Part shown: in pieces, positions 1-13,015 of the stretch | Layout: every line of letters begins with the position of its first letter | Numbering within the stretch: position 1 is the first letter of the stretch | From: Macrostomum hystrix | Lineage: Eukaryota; Animalia; Platyhelminthes | Direction of reading: 5' to 3' | NCBI GenBank assembly: GCA_950097015.1 | Contig: CATNEN010000001.1 | Span: 2,666,001 to 2,730,000, forward strand | Length of the DNA stretch: 64,000 nt | Made by a program: the position numbers and the translations under genes | Notes under the pieces: generated by a model | The model's input: the letters and a program-made list of their open reading frames with translations, nothing else | Databases searched by the model: none | What the model was told of the DNA's origin: nothing

Positions 1-1020
1 ATTGCGCGAAAATTAGTTTGCTGCAGTTCTTTGCTCTATAGAAGTGATTCATCGGCTGATTCGGCCAGGATTTTTAGGAATGAAAAACCCCCGATGCATC
101 TTGGCCAGGTAGGAAAGAAACTTGCTTTTCCAGCATGCTGATGATTGCAGAGTGTCGACTGACCCACACAATCCATTTGGTGCGAGGTGCGTAGTCCAAA
201 GATAGATACATAGCTTCATAGCAGCACACACAGACGCGCGCAAACATTAGGAGCAGTGTTGTAGTTTGGCTTAGGTTTAACCTGGTACACCCTCTAATGT
301 GGCGCGCAGTATTGTCCTGTCTTTGGCCAGGTGTAATCTTAATTAGGGCCTGCAATAATTAAATGCAGAAAATTAATTATCTACATTCATTTCTTTGCCA
401 AGCTGGTGAAAATTTGTGTGTTCTAAAAAGTACAGAAAATACTCAGCAATTGATCTTTTCTGTCTAAACTAGTTGATACATTATTAAGCCTGACGTTTTA
501 CCTGAAGCCTTCTATTTCTAGGCTTCAAGCTCTTAAAAAATGCTATATAAGAGTGCCAAAGCAGAATTTCGAGTTCGGTATGACTTATTACCGTGACTCC
601 CATATCATTGCATAGTAACCTAATCAACGATATGTAGAACTGTTTTTACATAGTACTCTAATAATTTAATCCAGAAAGCTTCTGACACAGTCTAATTTAT
701 TGTATCGCCGTATCGGGCCATCAACTTAACAACGCTTACATTTAAGTGACTAAAATCTACACATTGCCTCACCTTGACTGTTCCCATTCATCTAGCTGCT
801 GTTGACAAAGGAAGAGGGAGAGAGAGAAGAGAGGGGAGCACAAAAGAGGCCAGGATTTGTAACACTCTAAAGAACAGGAAGCTAAGCTCTAGAAACATCC
901 GAGTTATGAGCTCACGAAAACCTGCACATTTGCGTCAGCTTGACCTAGCCTCAAAACACTTGAATTATTATTCCTCATTGAGCACAAGCAACCCCCAAAA
1001 CTCAATGCCGAAAATTTCAG

Positions 1021-4000
1021 GTCAACAGAGGGACAGCAAGGGCATGGGCTTCTGCGGTGCGGTACTGCTAGTTCTGTCCTACACGCTGATCTTTGTCACA
1101 TTTCCGTTCTCCTTGTGTCTCTGCATCAAGGTTCGTACGCTGTTTACCACTGGACGGACCACTAGAAGAAGAAGGACGGGAATCTTTGTTTCTTAGAAAA
1201 TTAATTAAAGGCAGATTTTCATGGAAAAAATGTTCTAGCGAGATATTAACTTTTTACCTTTTTTAAATTAAAATTTTGATTAATTTTTTGGAAGCAGATC
1301 CAATGCCCCTCGTTTAATATATCTTGCAAAGCATTAATTAATTGGTTCAAGAAATTTTAAAAACTTCACTCATGAATAGATCAAGATTTTCATTTTCTTT
1401 TTATTTATTTATCATGAAGCACAATATAGCAACCAATCAGACATAAACTTAGCCTACTTGACTTACTTAGCTTAATTGATTAAAAAGTGACTGTAAAATT
1501 AAGCTAGTCACGAGATAGCTTTTTACTAGCTATTGTGCTTCGTGATGAATAATCGAAAATAAAACAAAGATCTATTGTTCATAAATTTGTTGAAGCGCGT
1601 ACGTGTATATTAACAGTAGAACTACCAAGGGGGATTCCCCCTGACCATTTTTGTGCTGCACCCATCTGGAACAACGCGCGTGCACGTGTATTTCATACAC
1701 CCTATACACGAATTAACACATTATCTAGACGGATTTGCTGGAGCTTCAAGGGCTACAACAGGTTGAGATAGGCCACTATGGACACCATGACGCGAATTTC
1801 TCCAATTTCGCTGATCAAGCCAAAATATTTGGCGCAGCTCAACCACTGTACACCATCGCCTAGTCTATCAACCAATCAGTCACCACCCTTGGCTTGGTAG
1901 TCCTAATGTTAAAAGAGCAGCGCCAGATCTGCTTCCAAAATATTCATCAACATTTTAATGTAAAAAGTGAAGATTTCCTATCTCTCTAGTGCAATTTTCA
2001 GAAAAATCTGCCTTAAAGAATTTTTTCAAGAAACGAAGTGTCCTTCGTCTTTTAGCAGTCCTTGTGTTTACTATTGCAAAGATTTCTTCACCTGCACGTT
2101 AGGAATATAATGAATTGCCTGTTTTACAGCTAGGCGTATCACTTTCTTCGTTCTAGGTCGTAGCCGAATATGAGCGTACGGTGATCTTTCGTCTGGGCCG
2201 CATTCTGGAAGGCGGCGCCAAAGGACCAGGCCTCTTCTTCATCGTGCCCTGCATGGATATGATTCGCAAGGTGGACCTGCGCACTGTCACCTTTGATGTT
2301 CCGCCTCAGGAGGTAATTATCCTTCAAGAAGCCTAGAAGCTAAGAAGCAAGGTTGTAGAGTTGTGACTGAAAATTTCCTTGGCTTCAATATGGCCTTAGC
2401 TTGGAATTTCAAACAATATTTCGGCTATAAAAGACAGGCTATACGGCCGTACAGGTTACGGCCTGTGTCAACAAAGTCACATACCAGTTGTTGGCATTTG
2501 CCAAACCAAAGGATAAATCTGTTTATGAGTGAAAGTAAAAATTAAGACCCTGACCCACTTAAACTATGAATTCAGGCTACAGACTACTTATACAGTCGGT
2601 ACGAATCGATTCAATATTAAACGTGCAGAATGGCATGATGTAGATGTGATGTACTTGCCGTCTCAATGCCTACCAGACGGGCAGATTGACAGACGCGACA
2701 GATTTTGTGGAAAATTTTCTCACTGCCGTCTTCCATGATTTTTTACTCGAAGCCCTCTTCCAGTTTAGTTCCCTACTCATTTTGCCCGTAGGCGTAAGAC
2801 TGGGGACAAAGTATGAGCTGAAAGTGGACGGCATTCGTGACGACTGACGACTTAGTGCGAATGAGGAAGGGAGATGAGAAGTAGGACGAGGGGCAATCGA
2901 GTAGAAAAGGAAATTACCGTAGGAGAGAGTTGAAGAGAGAGAGAAATGGAAAGGGAGTTGATGGGACCGGGCGCGTCGTTGGCGTTACAGACGGACTGGA
3001 AGAAATAGACGTTTGCCCGAAAGGAGCTGCATGGGCCTCGGCGACTTGACGAAGGAATATTTCCCTTACAAAAAGTAGAAGCCTCTTCTCCTTCTGTCTC
3101 TATGGCGAACTCGGAATTAGATTTATTTGATTGGATGCGTCGGATTCCGCGCTGTGTATGCATGTGTGAATGCGTACAGCAGCAATGGCTCATTGTGTGT
3201 TGACAAGGCGAGGCCGAAACACTGGACTAGACGCTGAAATGTACACCAGGTTGTACATTTCAGCTTCCAGTTTATCTGCTATTTTGATTGATTCGGCTGG
3301 TTAGTGGTTTTCGTTCAACTACAATTATTCAAGTGCCGTTCAAAAAGTTTCTGAAGAAAGGTTTTAATTTCACGTCTCTAAATCAGCCCATAAACAGGTG
3401 AAGGAAAACATTTTACAACTCAGTGGCAAAGGGTTGACCGAGAAACCAGAGATACTCACCAAGCATATGCATGCAAGTTATTTGAATGCTTGAAAATTCT
3501 ACTTTCAAGATACTCGTACGTAGCATCTGCTCATAGACCTATTTGAAACTGTTACTTTACAGTAGAATTTCGCCTATTTATTGATAAAAACAAAAAAGCA
3601 CAATGAAAAAATGATCACCCATTGTAGACTACGTATTTTATTCATCTATTAAGATTTATTTTTTAATAAAAATCCACAATACAAAGCGTTCTAAAAATAT
3701 TAAAACTGTAGGTGCTGACGAAGGACTCTGTGACTGTGGCTGTAGACGCAGTCGTCTACTATCGCATTTACAACCCGGTCATCGCTGTCACCAATGTTGA
3801 AGACGCCGACAGATCAACCCGTCTTCTGGCTGCCACCACTCTGCGCAATGTTCTAGGCACCAAAAACCTGTCTGAGATTCTATCCGAGAGGGAGAGCATT
3901 AGTAATATGATGCAGGTAAGAAAAAATTTATTGAGAAACGTCGTATTTGCACCAATAAAATTTAGCGCTAAGAATCTAGTCAGTATATAAAATTCTCCGT

Positions 4001-7000
4001 CACTCAATCACTCTCTTTGCCCTGAGTTAAACTAAACTAAAGACTAAATCCTTGGCGGATTGAAACGGCAGTGCAATTTGCCTTTCTTAACTTGTCACAT
4101 AGGCCATTAGTGAATAGCTGACAAGCAAATCCGTGTTGAGCAGGGTTCTCAAGGTCTGAGCCAAGGTAAATACTCAAAGAGGTGATAATGCTCCTTTAAA
4201 CTAGTTTAGGTAGAATAAACAATCTTATGCAAAAGTGCAGGTAATCAATATATAATGAAATACCTCGTTTGCAGTTTTGCACCTACTTAAACCAAAAAAA
4301 TCTGGTTGCATCACGGCTTTACAACGAGCATCGATATCAATGCTCGTAGTTTTGAAATAATCGGAACTTGCTTAGAAAACCTAATTCTAATATTCAATGG
4401 TGGATACGCATATGATATTTAAAGCAATTCGATATTGGTCCATAAGAACTCACATAAAAGCAATGTAACACGGCCTGAAACCAAGTTATTCTGCTCAATA
4501 ATTCAAAGCAGGCGTCCAGTGGTTCAGGTTGCGTGTCGGACAATCAAAATTTGCTGTCATTCTAGTTCAAATCCCGTGGACTCGCTGGCTAAAGCTAATT
4601 CCGTAATCCACAGGCCTTCAGACACCACACGCTCTCAGATTGAGATTGAGACTGAATTCACTTAGATTGCTTATGTAAGCACGAACAGCTCTGCTCATAG
4701 TGCAGCTCAGTGCAGCTCAATTTCTAATCCGACCTGCTTGTGCAGCGCTTCAGAACTTTTCAGACGTCACTCCCTTGTTCACTCGTCTCTTCCTCACTCA
4801 ATCTTTTTAACATAGATACGGAGCGTGCAAAACGTAAAGTGCTTTTCAGATTGACACGTTGAACTTTATAAATTTTACCTTGTCTTTTTAGTCCGGTAGT
4901 GCTTTCAGCAAAATATTTAATGCACACTAAGCGCAGAGTATTCGGGTTCAACGTATCAAACTTCTAGAGAAGAAACATCCCTGAGCATTTTTTATCAAGC
5001 GTAGCAATATTTAGTAACTCCATGACCCAAATGCCTCCTTTGAGCTCGGGAGCCCAGCTATTAATTAATAAACTAGCCAATCTGAATGCCACCACGACTT
5101 AGAAATTCGCTTGACCGGAGCCTCTGCTGATTTTGGGCTGGGGAAAAATTTCCTGTGATAAAATAGGGACGTATATCACCACTGCGTGGTGTGCATCCGG
5201 GCATGCTGATCTGCATTCACAATCTTCGCCATTAAATTAGCCACTGAGATACAGACATAAAGAAAGAGTATTTTAAAGCCTATCTCTCATTTACGCTCGT
5301 ATTTAGTTTATTGTATCGATTCTCTCAAGATTTTGTATGAATGCCTCGTCTGCATTCGTCTGAAATAAGACGCTGTTTTTTTAAATTGCACCGCTGCAAC
5401 CATTGTTTGCGAACAGTGCCAATGAAATCCTATCATCTACTGCCGTTAAGCGTTTTTCCCATTATCTTTTTTTCACAGATTTTATATGCAGCTTCTTATG
5501 CATTTGCTTGAGACAGTGAATAGCCAATGCAATTCACTTTTCGTTTCGTCACGATGAACGAAATCTCTAATAAAGAGATTGTGGTCTAGGAGTCATTTGG
5601 AGAACCGATTGGGATTACGTAATTCTCGAAATCGAATTTCTTTCTGTCACTCTAATGAGCACTTCGTGCCTCGACAAATCTTTCTTGACTACTTTATTCC
5701 CACTTCATCAAGTGAACTATGGTTGGTGCGAGGATCTGGTCTAGAATTCATAGGAAGAAAGGGAGAATTAAAGAAATAAAGGTACCTTGAATTAGTAAGG
5801 AAATTACTTTGCCAAAAGTGGCAGTAAGATATTTGGCGGCCGCAGTGCTTGCCTCTGGTTGACTAAGGGGCAGCTGTCGCAAGATGTCTGCCCAAAAGGG
5901 ATTGACTGTGAACCGGCTCTCTGATTTGGACAGCAATGATAGGGAGACAGTTCGAGAGAGGAAATCAGATGCAGCAGAGCCAAGCACAAGTGCTGGGTTG
6001 ATGATCCGCAGATTTCGTCTGGGATTATACAGGCCAAGCTGCAGGGATAGAAGGCCGGAGGTGAGTCCTCTTCATCAGTGGCTCGAGAAACCTGACGAGG
6101 ATTTGATGATTATTTTCTATTATTTTCTCTCTCTGCGCACAGCAAACACGAGTCTCACTGCCTTGCTAAGGGCCTTAATGCCGATCTCGAGTTTGCTTCA
6201 GTAGAAACCATTCCGCTGCTAAGAGTTCTGAGCAAATCTATTTTTGCTATTTTAAAAACATTTTTACCTGCATGAAATCAACAAGCAAGCAATCGGACAG
6301 GAAATTAAAATAGAAAAATAAATGAATGACATAAAACAGAAGCCTGACATAAAGTAGCAGTTTTATTGAAACCATGGCACGGCTTATTGAACAGGGCAGA
6401 AAAAAATGAGAAGAAAAAGAAATCTGAGAAGTAAAACGATTGCACTCGACAAAATTAAAGAGAACAAGAACAGCTGAGAGCAATAGGCTCTTTCAACTTG
6501 AGACATTTTGAATGCGAGGCTTATGCTGCTAAACTATTACCTGAAAATTGGAGCCGGATTATACATTTAGCCCAAGGGCTTATACCTCTCATTCTATGGG
6601 ATTTTCCAGCTTAATTGCTTCTAAATGTACTTTTCAGGATTTAGCCCTTATTAAATCCAGTGTTAAGCAAAAGCGGTGACACAAATGCTGGAAATTTTGA
6701 AGACATCCTTACAGGTATTAACTTTCCCAACAATTTCCTTCATTTCAGAACATGCTGGACGACGCTACCGATCCGTGGGGTGTGAAAGTGGAACGCGTGG
6801 AAGTGTGAGTGACAGTAGTTTCTTGTATTTTCTTTTCAATTCACCGCCATCTTTTCTTATTATAATCATAATAATCCGGCAGAATTCACCGAGTTGAACA
6901 TCATATGAATCTTTTTCGAAACGAATTTTAACATGTTTGACTGTCTCAAAATTTGCACAGCTCTTTGTTTTAACTATTTTATAAATATACCTGTCTACTA

Positions 7001-9547
7001 CAGTCAAACTCCAAATCCAATGTCCACCTGTTTAATTTAATTTTCTCCTTAGATCACCCATCCGTTTTGTGTAGTTTCAACTGTGCTTCATTTCTGGCCG
7101 TCTAGCTGTTCCATATGCAGGTCAAATTCTCTGTAAAAAAGGCCACCAAGGAAGGCTAGGTATTTTCTCCACTTTACCTTTGGCTGCCTTCAGTATCCAT
7201 GTCGCATCATAACAGGCCCCATTTTGATTGACAGCTCAGTTATAATTGTCAACAAAATGCTTGGCTTGTCGTTTTCGCTCTTGGGTATACATCCCAAGCA
7301 ACACTACGAACTATCCCACCCACTGGCTTGTCCTTTTTATTTATCATAGAAAACTATTGCTGGAGTTTTTTGTCCTTCTATACGCACCTTCGCGCTGAAA
7401 AATGTGCTGAAAATTTTTTTTTGCTTTTTTTAATGATGACAATGAGCAGGAATTCTCAAACTACGCTCGAATAACGGCTGCAAAACTAAAAAGCACTAAT
7501 TCTGGAATCCATCGTCTTGTTGAATGGAATTTCACGATTGCTATATTTGAGCAATATAGCTGAAATACATCCATCGATAATTTGCTGACCAAGTTGTCAT
7601 TTATTAGCAACTGGTGCATTATAGACAGGACAGTAATGGAATTAGGACGGTGAGGCTCGCACAGTGGCTGGGCTGTGGCTGGGAAAATGAGGGATGCGTT
7701 GAAAAATAAAATCCGCACGGCCGAATCTCCCAAGGCTTCAACTAGCCGACGTATCCCCCTTCCCATCCTAGCCTGCAATCCCAACCCCCTTTTCCTCCCT
7801 GTTGCTTCCTGAATTGGGGAAAACAGGGAGCAAATATATACGCTAGTTCGTATATACGGGCTGCTGGAAGAAGAGCTTGGAAGAGAGCGGCACGCTACAT
7901 TCCGCTCTCTTCCCCCCACTTTGCTCTCGCCCTCTCGCCTTCACCTTCATCCTTCGTAGCCCCTCCTCCCCACTGTGGGGTTCCGTCTTTTTTCCATCGT
8001 CTTTTTCCTCAATCCGAACTCAATTCCATTCCCCTTGGGAGCAGAAGCAAAAAATAAGGGAGGCGGAGTGCAGGATAAGGCGGCTGTCCCTATAGATTGG
8101 GGAGCGTCTCGGGCCATTGCTTGCTGCGGATTAAAGCGAAAAATAAAAGGGAGAATACACGCACACAAACTCGCATGGAGTGAGAAGCGGCTCACAGGAA
8201 GTGTGCGAGACGACTATAGCCAGTACAGCAGAGCACACACGAAGATGTCTTTCCCGCATCGAAGCTCATAACTCTCGTTTGTCTAAAATGAGAGGCACTG
8301 CATTGAATCCCACCTATGGAACAAGTTTTTCCTGATTTCGTGACGATGACACTCTTTCATTCACCCAAGCCTGCTTTCTTTGTTTCGGTAAAGTTGAAGA
8401 AGTCTCTAAACAAGAGATCTGCTGTTAAAATGTTTTAAAGAAACGCGACGGAATTAGGATGGGGTTGAGCTTTCGATCTCGCTTGCTAATACTAACTATA
8501 TATAATAAAATTGGGTCCTACCTAGCAATCGACCCAGCGCTTTCCGAGCCGTATTCCCAAAGCGCGCAGCATCGAGAGAGATCCAGTCTCATTTTCTTAT
8601 CCTCTACTTCCAAGCAAATAGTGAAAAATGAATCCATAAATGGAATGGTCTGTCGGAAAACTTTTATCTGTTGAATTTTATGGATTTTTTGTGCACAATG
8701 GAACTGGTCGATTCTATTTTAGGATCGCAAATTCACTGCGAACCCTTGCTCCTGATTTCAGGAATTACATTCGTTAATAATTTTCAACATGAGGTTGACA
8801 ATTTGTCCGGGGTTGTCAAGGCACGAAGACGTGACTAGCGAGCAAGCCAGGGCAATGACTTGATGGACGTCAGGGCTCAACATGTAGACACTTTTAAGTG
8901 AAAATATTGAAACGGAAATGAAAAATGCTAATTGAAAGCTGTCGACCGAAGGCAACCTCATAATAATTAAGCAAAAAAACCAAAATAGGAATGAGACATC
9001 AGAGATTTATTAAGCAGAGAAGTTTTGGTATGTATTGCAATTAACTATCATAATTATCTCAGATTGAGATGATGCTTATTATTTGTTTCGTGACATTTTA
9101 CTTTCTATCTTATTGCACTATTCTCACCTGTATTAAATTCCCAAATCGCGCCTTTCAAACTGCAGGAAAGATGTTCGCCTACCCGTTCAGCTGCAGCGTG
9201 CAATGGCTGCCGAGGCGGAGGCTGCACGCGAGGCTCGCGCGAAGGTGCGTTCGTTATTCGTTATTCGTTATTCGTTCGTTATAGGACATTACTAACACAT
9301 TGTAATTCCAAGATATGAGGCTACATGCTCTACCCCTACTTAACGCCAGGTAATCGCAGCCGAAGGTGAGCAGAAGGCCTCGCGCGCTCTCAAGGAGGCA
9401 GCCGATGTCATCAACGAGTCGCCATTCGCTCTCCAGTTGCGCTACCTGCAGACTCTGAATACCATTTCGGCCGAGAAGAATTCCACCATCATTTTCCCGC
9501 TGCCGCTGGAGATCCTGACGCACTTCATGCATAAGCCGCCGCTGTGA
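1021..9547 (+). CDS. Stomatin/MEC-2-like SPFH (band 7) protein, 5' part missing; exons 1021-1130, 2157-2312, 3712-3915, 6749-6804, 9166-9244, 9350-9547
   Basis: Spliced translation gives the membrane hairpin ([27 protein letters not shown]), then [94 protein letters not shown] and [26 protein letters not shown]. All introns are GT..AG and phase-consistent; stop TGA at 9545-9547. Confidence 0.95.
1156..2061. mobile_element. Degenerate long inverted-repeat (MITE/foldback-like) element filling stomatin intron 1131-2156
   Basis: 1156-1300 (ggaccactagaagaagaaggac...ttggaagcagatc) is an imperfect reverse complement of 1926-2061 (gatctgcttccaa...gtccttcgtcttttagcagtcc); inner arms ~1313-1430 vs ~1529-1612. 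Confidence 0.6.
1621..1901. mobile_element. Non-autonomous DNA element (TACCAAGGG termini), copy 1, nested in the intron-1 IR element
   Basis: Termini actaccaagg.../cttggtagt; internal sequence (ttttgtgctgcaccc; tggacacc..gaatttctc..ctgatcaagcc; accatcgcctagt; aatcagtcaccaccc) is shared with 26484-26886. Confidence 0.7.
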
Positions 9548-11565
9548 ATACGACCGGAATAAAACACGGTCGAGAGAGCGCCTGAAAGTTCAGTCCTGGA
9601 CGCGACTAATTTAGTCATTTAGATTCGCAAATGTCATAATTTTGACGGCTTTACTAGACGCTAGAACCTGTTCCGTATTGTTTTATTGTTTCATAAAAAT
9701 ATTTTTCTTATTACCATGGACCATGTAACAATTAGCACAGTTGCACTTCTGTACCTGTACTCGAAATTTCAAGTAAAATCAAGCAAAACAGTCTGCAAAA
9801 ATTCACAATCAATCTCATTATAAATCAAAGTCGAAAATGGAAGCCAAGATGGAAAATATGTCACCAAGCAACTTTTTTTAATGCAATCGAAAATACATAT
9901 AGGCTGCAATGTTTCCCTCATGTAAAGTCCTGTACGCACTATTCATAAATCCTATTTGTTGTTTGATGTCTTCACATGTTTGATGTACTTCTATCGCAGA
10001 TTTAAATTCTGTAATATATCTGTCGTCATTATTTTTTCTCACACTCTCTTTAGCAATCTCTAATTTATCTGCAATGTACTCGCTGCTACAGCTGTGTTTT
10101 CTATTGTAAATTATCCTTTTAAAGTTGTTCGTATGTTTTTACCGTAAAATTTATAATTCTCATACAAACTATCCATTATATTTCTTATAAAACATCTAGT
10201 CTTGGTAAGGCTTTAATTCTATTCTACGCAACATAAATAGAAATTCTAATAATTTGGCCATTAAGAGCAAGCTCATACTTAGATTCAGAACAGGTCAGAA
10301 CATCAGGATTTGAACGAACGTGAATCACGTTGTGAAGGTCAGTACAATTATTGTGTTTAGCTTTGTTGTCTTTCATCTGTGAAGTCGTCATTGATTGGTT
10401 TGTGCATCATTTTAACTTAAAGCTACAACCGTGGATGCATTTTTAATGAGGCCGTTTTTTTATTTCAGAACGGGGCGTTTTGCAATATTTTATTTGTCTT
10501 GTCTATGACCCTGAAAACAGTAAACAAAAAGCTAGCAAACAACACCGACACTTACCCAAACAGACATTTCACAAAGCACCATTTTGCGACCATGACCGAT
10601 TTGTCTTCTTGTTTTTTATGTTCTTTTTTTCCGAAAACAAATCTCTTTGCTAACAGTTTAATAACGTGATCTGATCACTGTGAACAAAAATGCTTTAACA
10701 AAGTTTTGTTTAGTAATACTGCACTATTATTCGTGATATCGAACAACCAAAATAAAAAATCTGACAACAGCACGAAATAATTAGAAAAACTTGTTCGTTT
10801 CGCAGGCACAAATATTAATATATCAAAGAGTAATTATTGTTTACCGCGTGTTCTGTAGCGTAAAAACTGTACAACCAGAACAGGCCGTTTGTTTATTGCG
10901 TGTTTGAGATCCACCTCCACTACATTAGCGTTGAGAAATCACAGGCAAATCGCTTTTACTCGAGAAATATTTTTGTCACAGTAAAGGCAATCGACCCCTG
11001 ACTTTGTCCCTTATTCGTCCAGTTTTGGGTCGCAGTGAAATTTGTGAATTATGCACTCATCAATTCAGCACTGTAGTATATATTTTCTTCTCGTGTATAC
11101 TTTTATGTACTTATCTGGATGTTTAAAAAAGTAAAATGAAAAAAATTCAAAACCCAACCATTTTCATAAACCAATCATATTGATTGCTTTTTAAGCACTT
11201 TAAAGAGTCTGTCTTTTGAATATTTAAAATATAACAAAAAGTCCACAGGAACCTCATAAAGTCAAAATTTCATAGGACTTACACTTCTTTTTTCGTTGCT
11301 TATTAGACTACTAGAAGTAAAAATATGCCAATTTATCAACCCCACTGAGTCGTGTTTGTGAGAGTTACTCAGGTAAAAGTGGACTCGGAACATGGTTGAG
11401 TTAACCGTCTCGAAAATTAAACGCATCACACAGTAAATGAGAAGGTTAATAAATTAGCTGATAAGTTATTTTCTAGGCATGCAGTTTGCAGGGTTTCTTC
11501 TTTGTGCACACTTCTTCATTTAGAATCATATTGTTAAAAGCATAAAACTAATCTAAAAAGTTAGA

Positions 11566-11930
11566 GGGTCGGTGGCAGAGCGGTTAACGCGTTTGCCTCT
11601 CGCACCAAGGTCCCTAGGTTCGATTCTACGGCGAGGCCACATTCATTTGGGGCGCAGCCGCGGAGAGAAGGCTTGGGGGCTTGTCGTGCAATTTGCGCCC
11701 TTGAGGGCCAACCTCCAAGGCACAGTGAGAGTGTACACTGCCTGACGAGAAAGTCAGGGCAGGTGTACAACCCACAGTGTGAGCGTGTGCCTGCGTACAG
11801 TATCTGTGTGCCTGTGTGCTCAGGAGTCAGAGAAACGGGCAGAATTGCCGCCTCGCTGGCTGCGGGTCTAGTGTCACCAAATGATGTGCCATTGCCATGT
11901 GCCATAGTCGTCCTGCAATTATTATTATTT
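11566..11930 (+). mobile_element. tRNA-derived SINE family A, full length
   Basis: A box TGGCAGAGCGG, B box GGTTCGATTC, conserved body, (ATT)n tail; at least 8 related copies in the window. Confidence 0.85.
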
Positions 11931-12111
11931 ATTGCTATTTATCTTAAAAGTTAATAATACGAGCATAGTATGTAGAGGAAAATAGACTAGATGGAATCTA
12001 CAACCAGTCGCAGCCAATGTCTAGTGTATCAATGTATAGGCTGTGTACAGCTATTGAGCCTGTGGACTGCGAAGGCTGCCTCACCAACCTTTGTTTTCTA
12101 ACCCAACTGAT

Positions 12112-12176
12112 GCAGCTGGTACTCATTTTACAGCCGGTTGAGCTGAAGCACTAGGAAATTTAGTGTCTTGCTCAAC
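12112..12176 (-). mobile_element. CORE-SINE (family B) fragment
   Basis: Reverse complement reads ttgagcaagacactaaattt..gcttcagctcaaccggctgtaaaatgagtacc, matching the central domain of the other family B copies. Confidence 0.55.
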
Positions 12177-13015
12177 GACCCAAATAGATTATCTCTTGTC
12201 ATCAGAGTCTAAATCTCGAAGCTCACTATAAGCATCAAGCTCAATTAGTATAGAATGATGGTATATCAAGGTCCCATCAAAGCTTATTCGCGTTAAAACT
12301 AACACAAATAGCCTTAAGAACGATCCAGTCAGAATCGTGAAAAATGATTTTACCTAGCTAGGGTGGAGGAGAGGAAGAGGGGGGAGGTACATTCGAGCAG
12401 CATCAGCGATAAGGAAGGCAGAGAAGGCAAACAACTGCTAGGGCGTGGTCCCATATGGTCACCGTATAGCCAAGCTAACCCGACTCGGCATGCGAATCGT
12501 CTCGAATTGCACGCTTAAAGTCAGAACAGCATCCTCTCTAGCTAAGATCAGAGGGCCGCCACCTGTTCGAGTTTTGCATGGCAGATTAAAGTACATAGGT
12601 TTGACTATATTTCTGCTCTGTACGCCCAAATCTATCGTGGCGGTCTTTTAAATATAAGGTGGTTGTGCCCAAATCCATCATGGCGATCTAACAAATACAA
12701 GTTTGTAGGAGGATGAGAACCCGCCCCCAAAATGCTAGGCTTCGCTGCTGGTTCATGCCTGTACTTTAGAAGTTGTGTTACAACTCCTATTATATAATTA
12801 CACTCGTATTTTAAGAGATCGAAAGAACTTGTACGCTTAAAAAATCTTGGAAATTTTTCTGCAGTCTTTTTAATGTATAATTCAAAACTAAAAGTATCAT
12901 ATTTCTTTGTGAGCAATTAGTCGCACTGGTACTTAGCTAACAGTATAAATTTAAACAGTCTTTCGTTTTGAATCTGTTTTAAAAAAGACATTTTTGCTCA
13001 TTTTAGCTTATTTTA

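Noticed and set aside
6050-6100. Minus-strand CTGATGA followed by a small hairpin (hammerhead?)
   Set aside because: No GAAA after helix II.
7680-8230. GC-rich block with TATA-like motif (similar blocks near 12360, 20950, 24050)
   Set aside because: Probably repeats, but I could not define termini, TSDs or clear mutual homology.
11566-11640. tRNA gene call for SINE heads (also 16839, 28100, 36090)
   Set aside because: A/B boxes are present, but there is no intact cloverleaf and each continues into a repeated SINE body.
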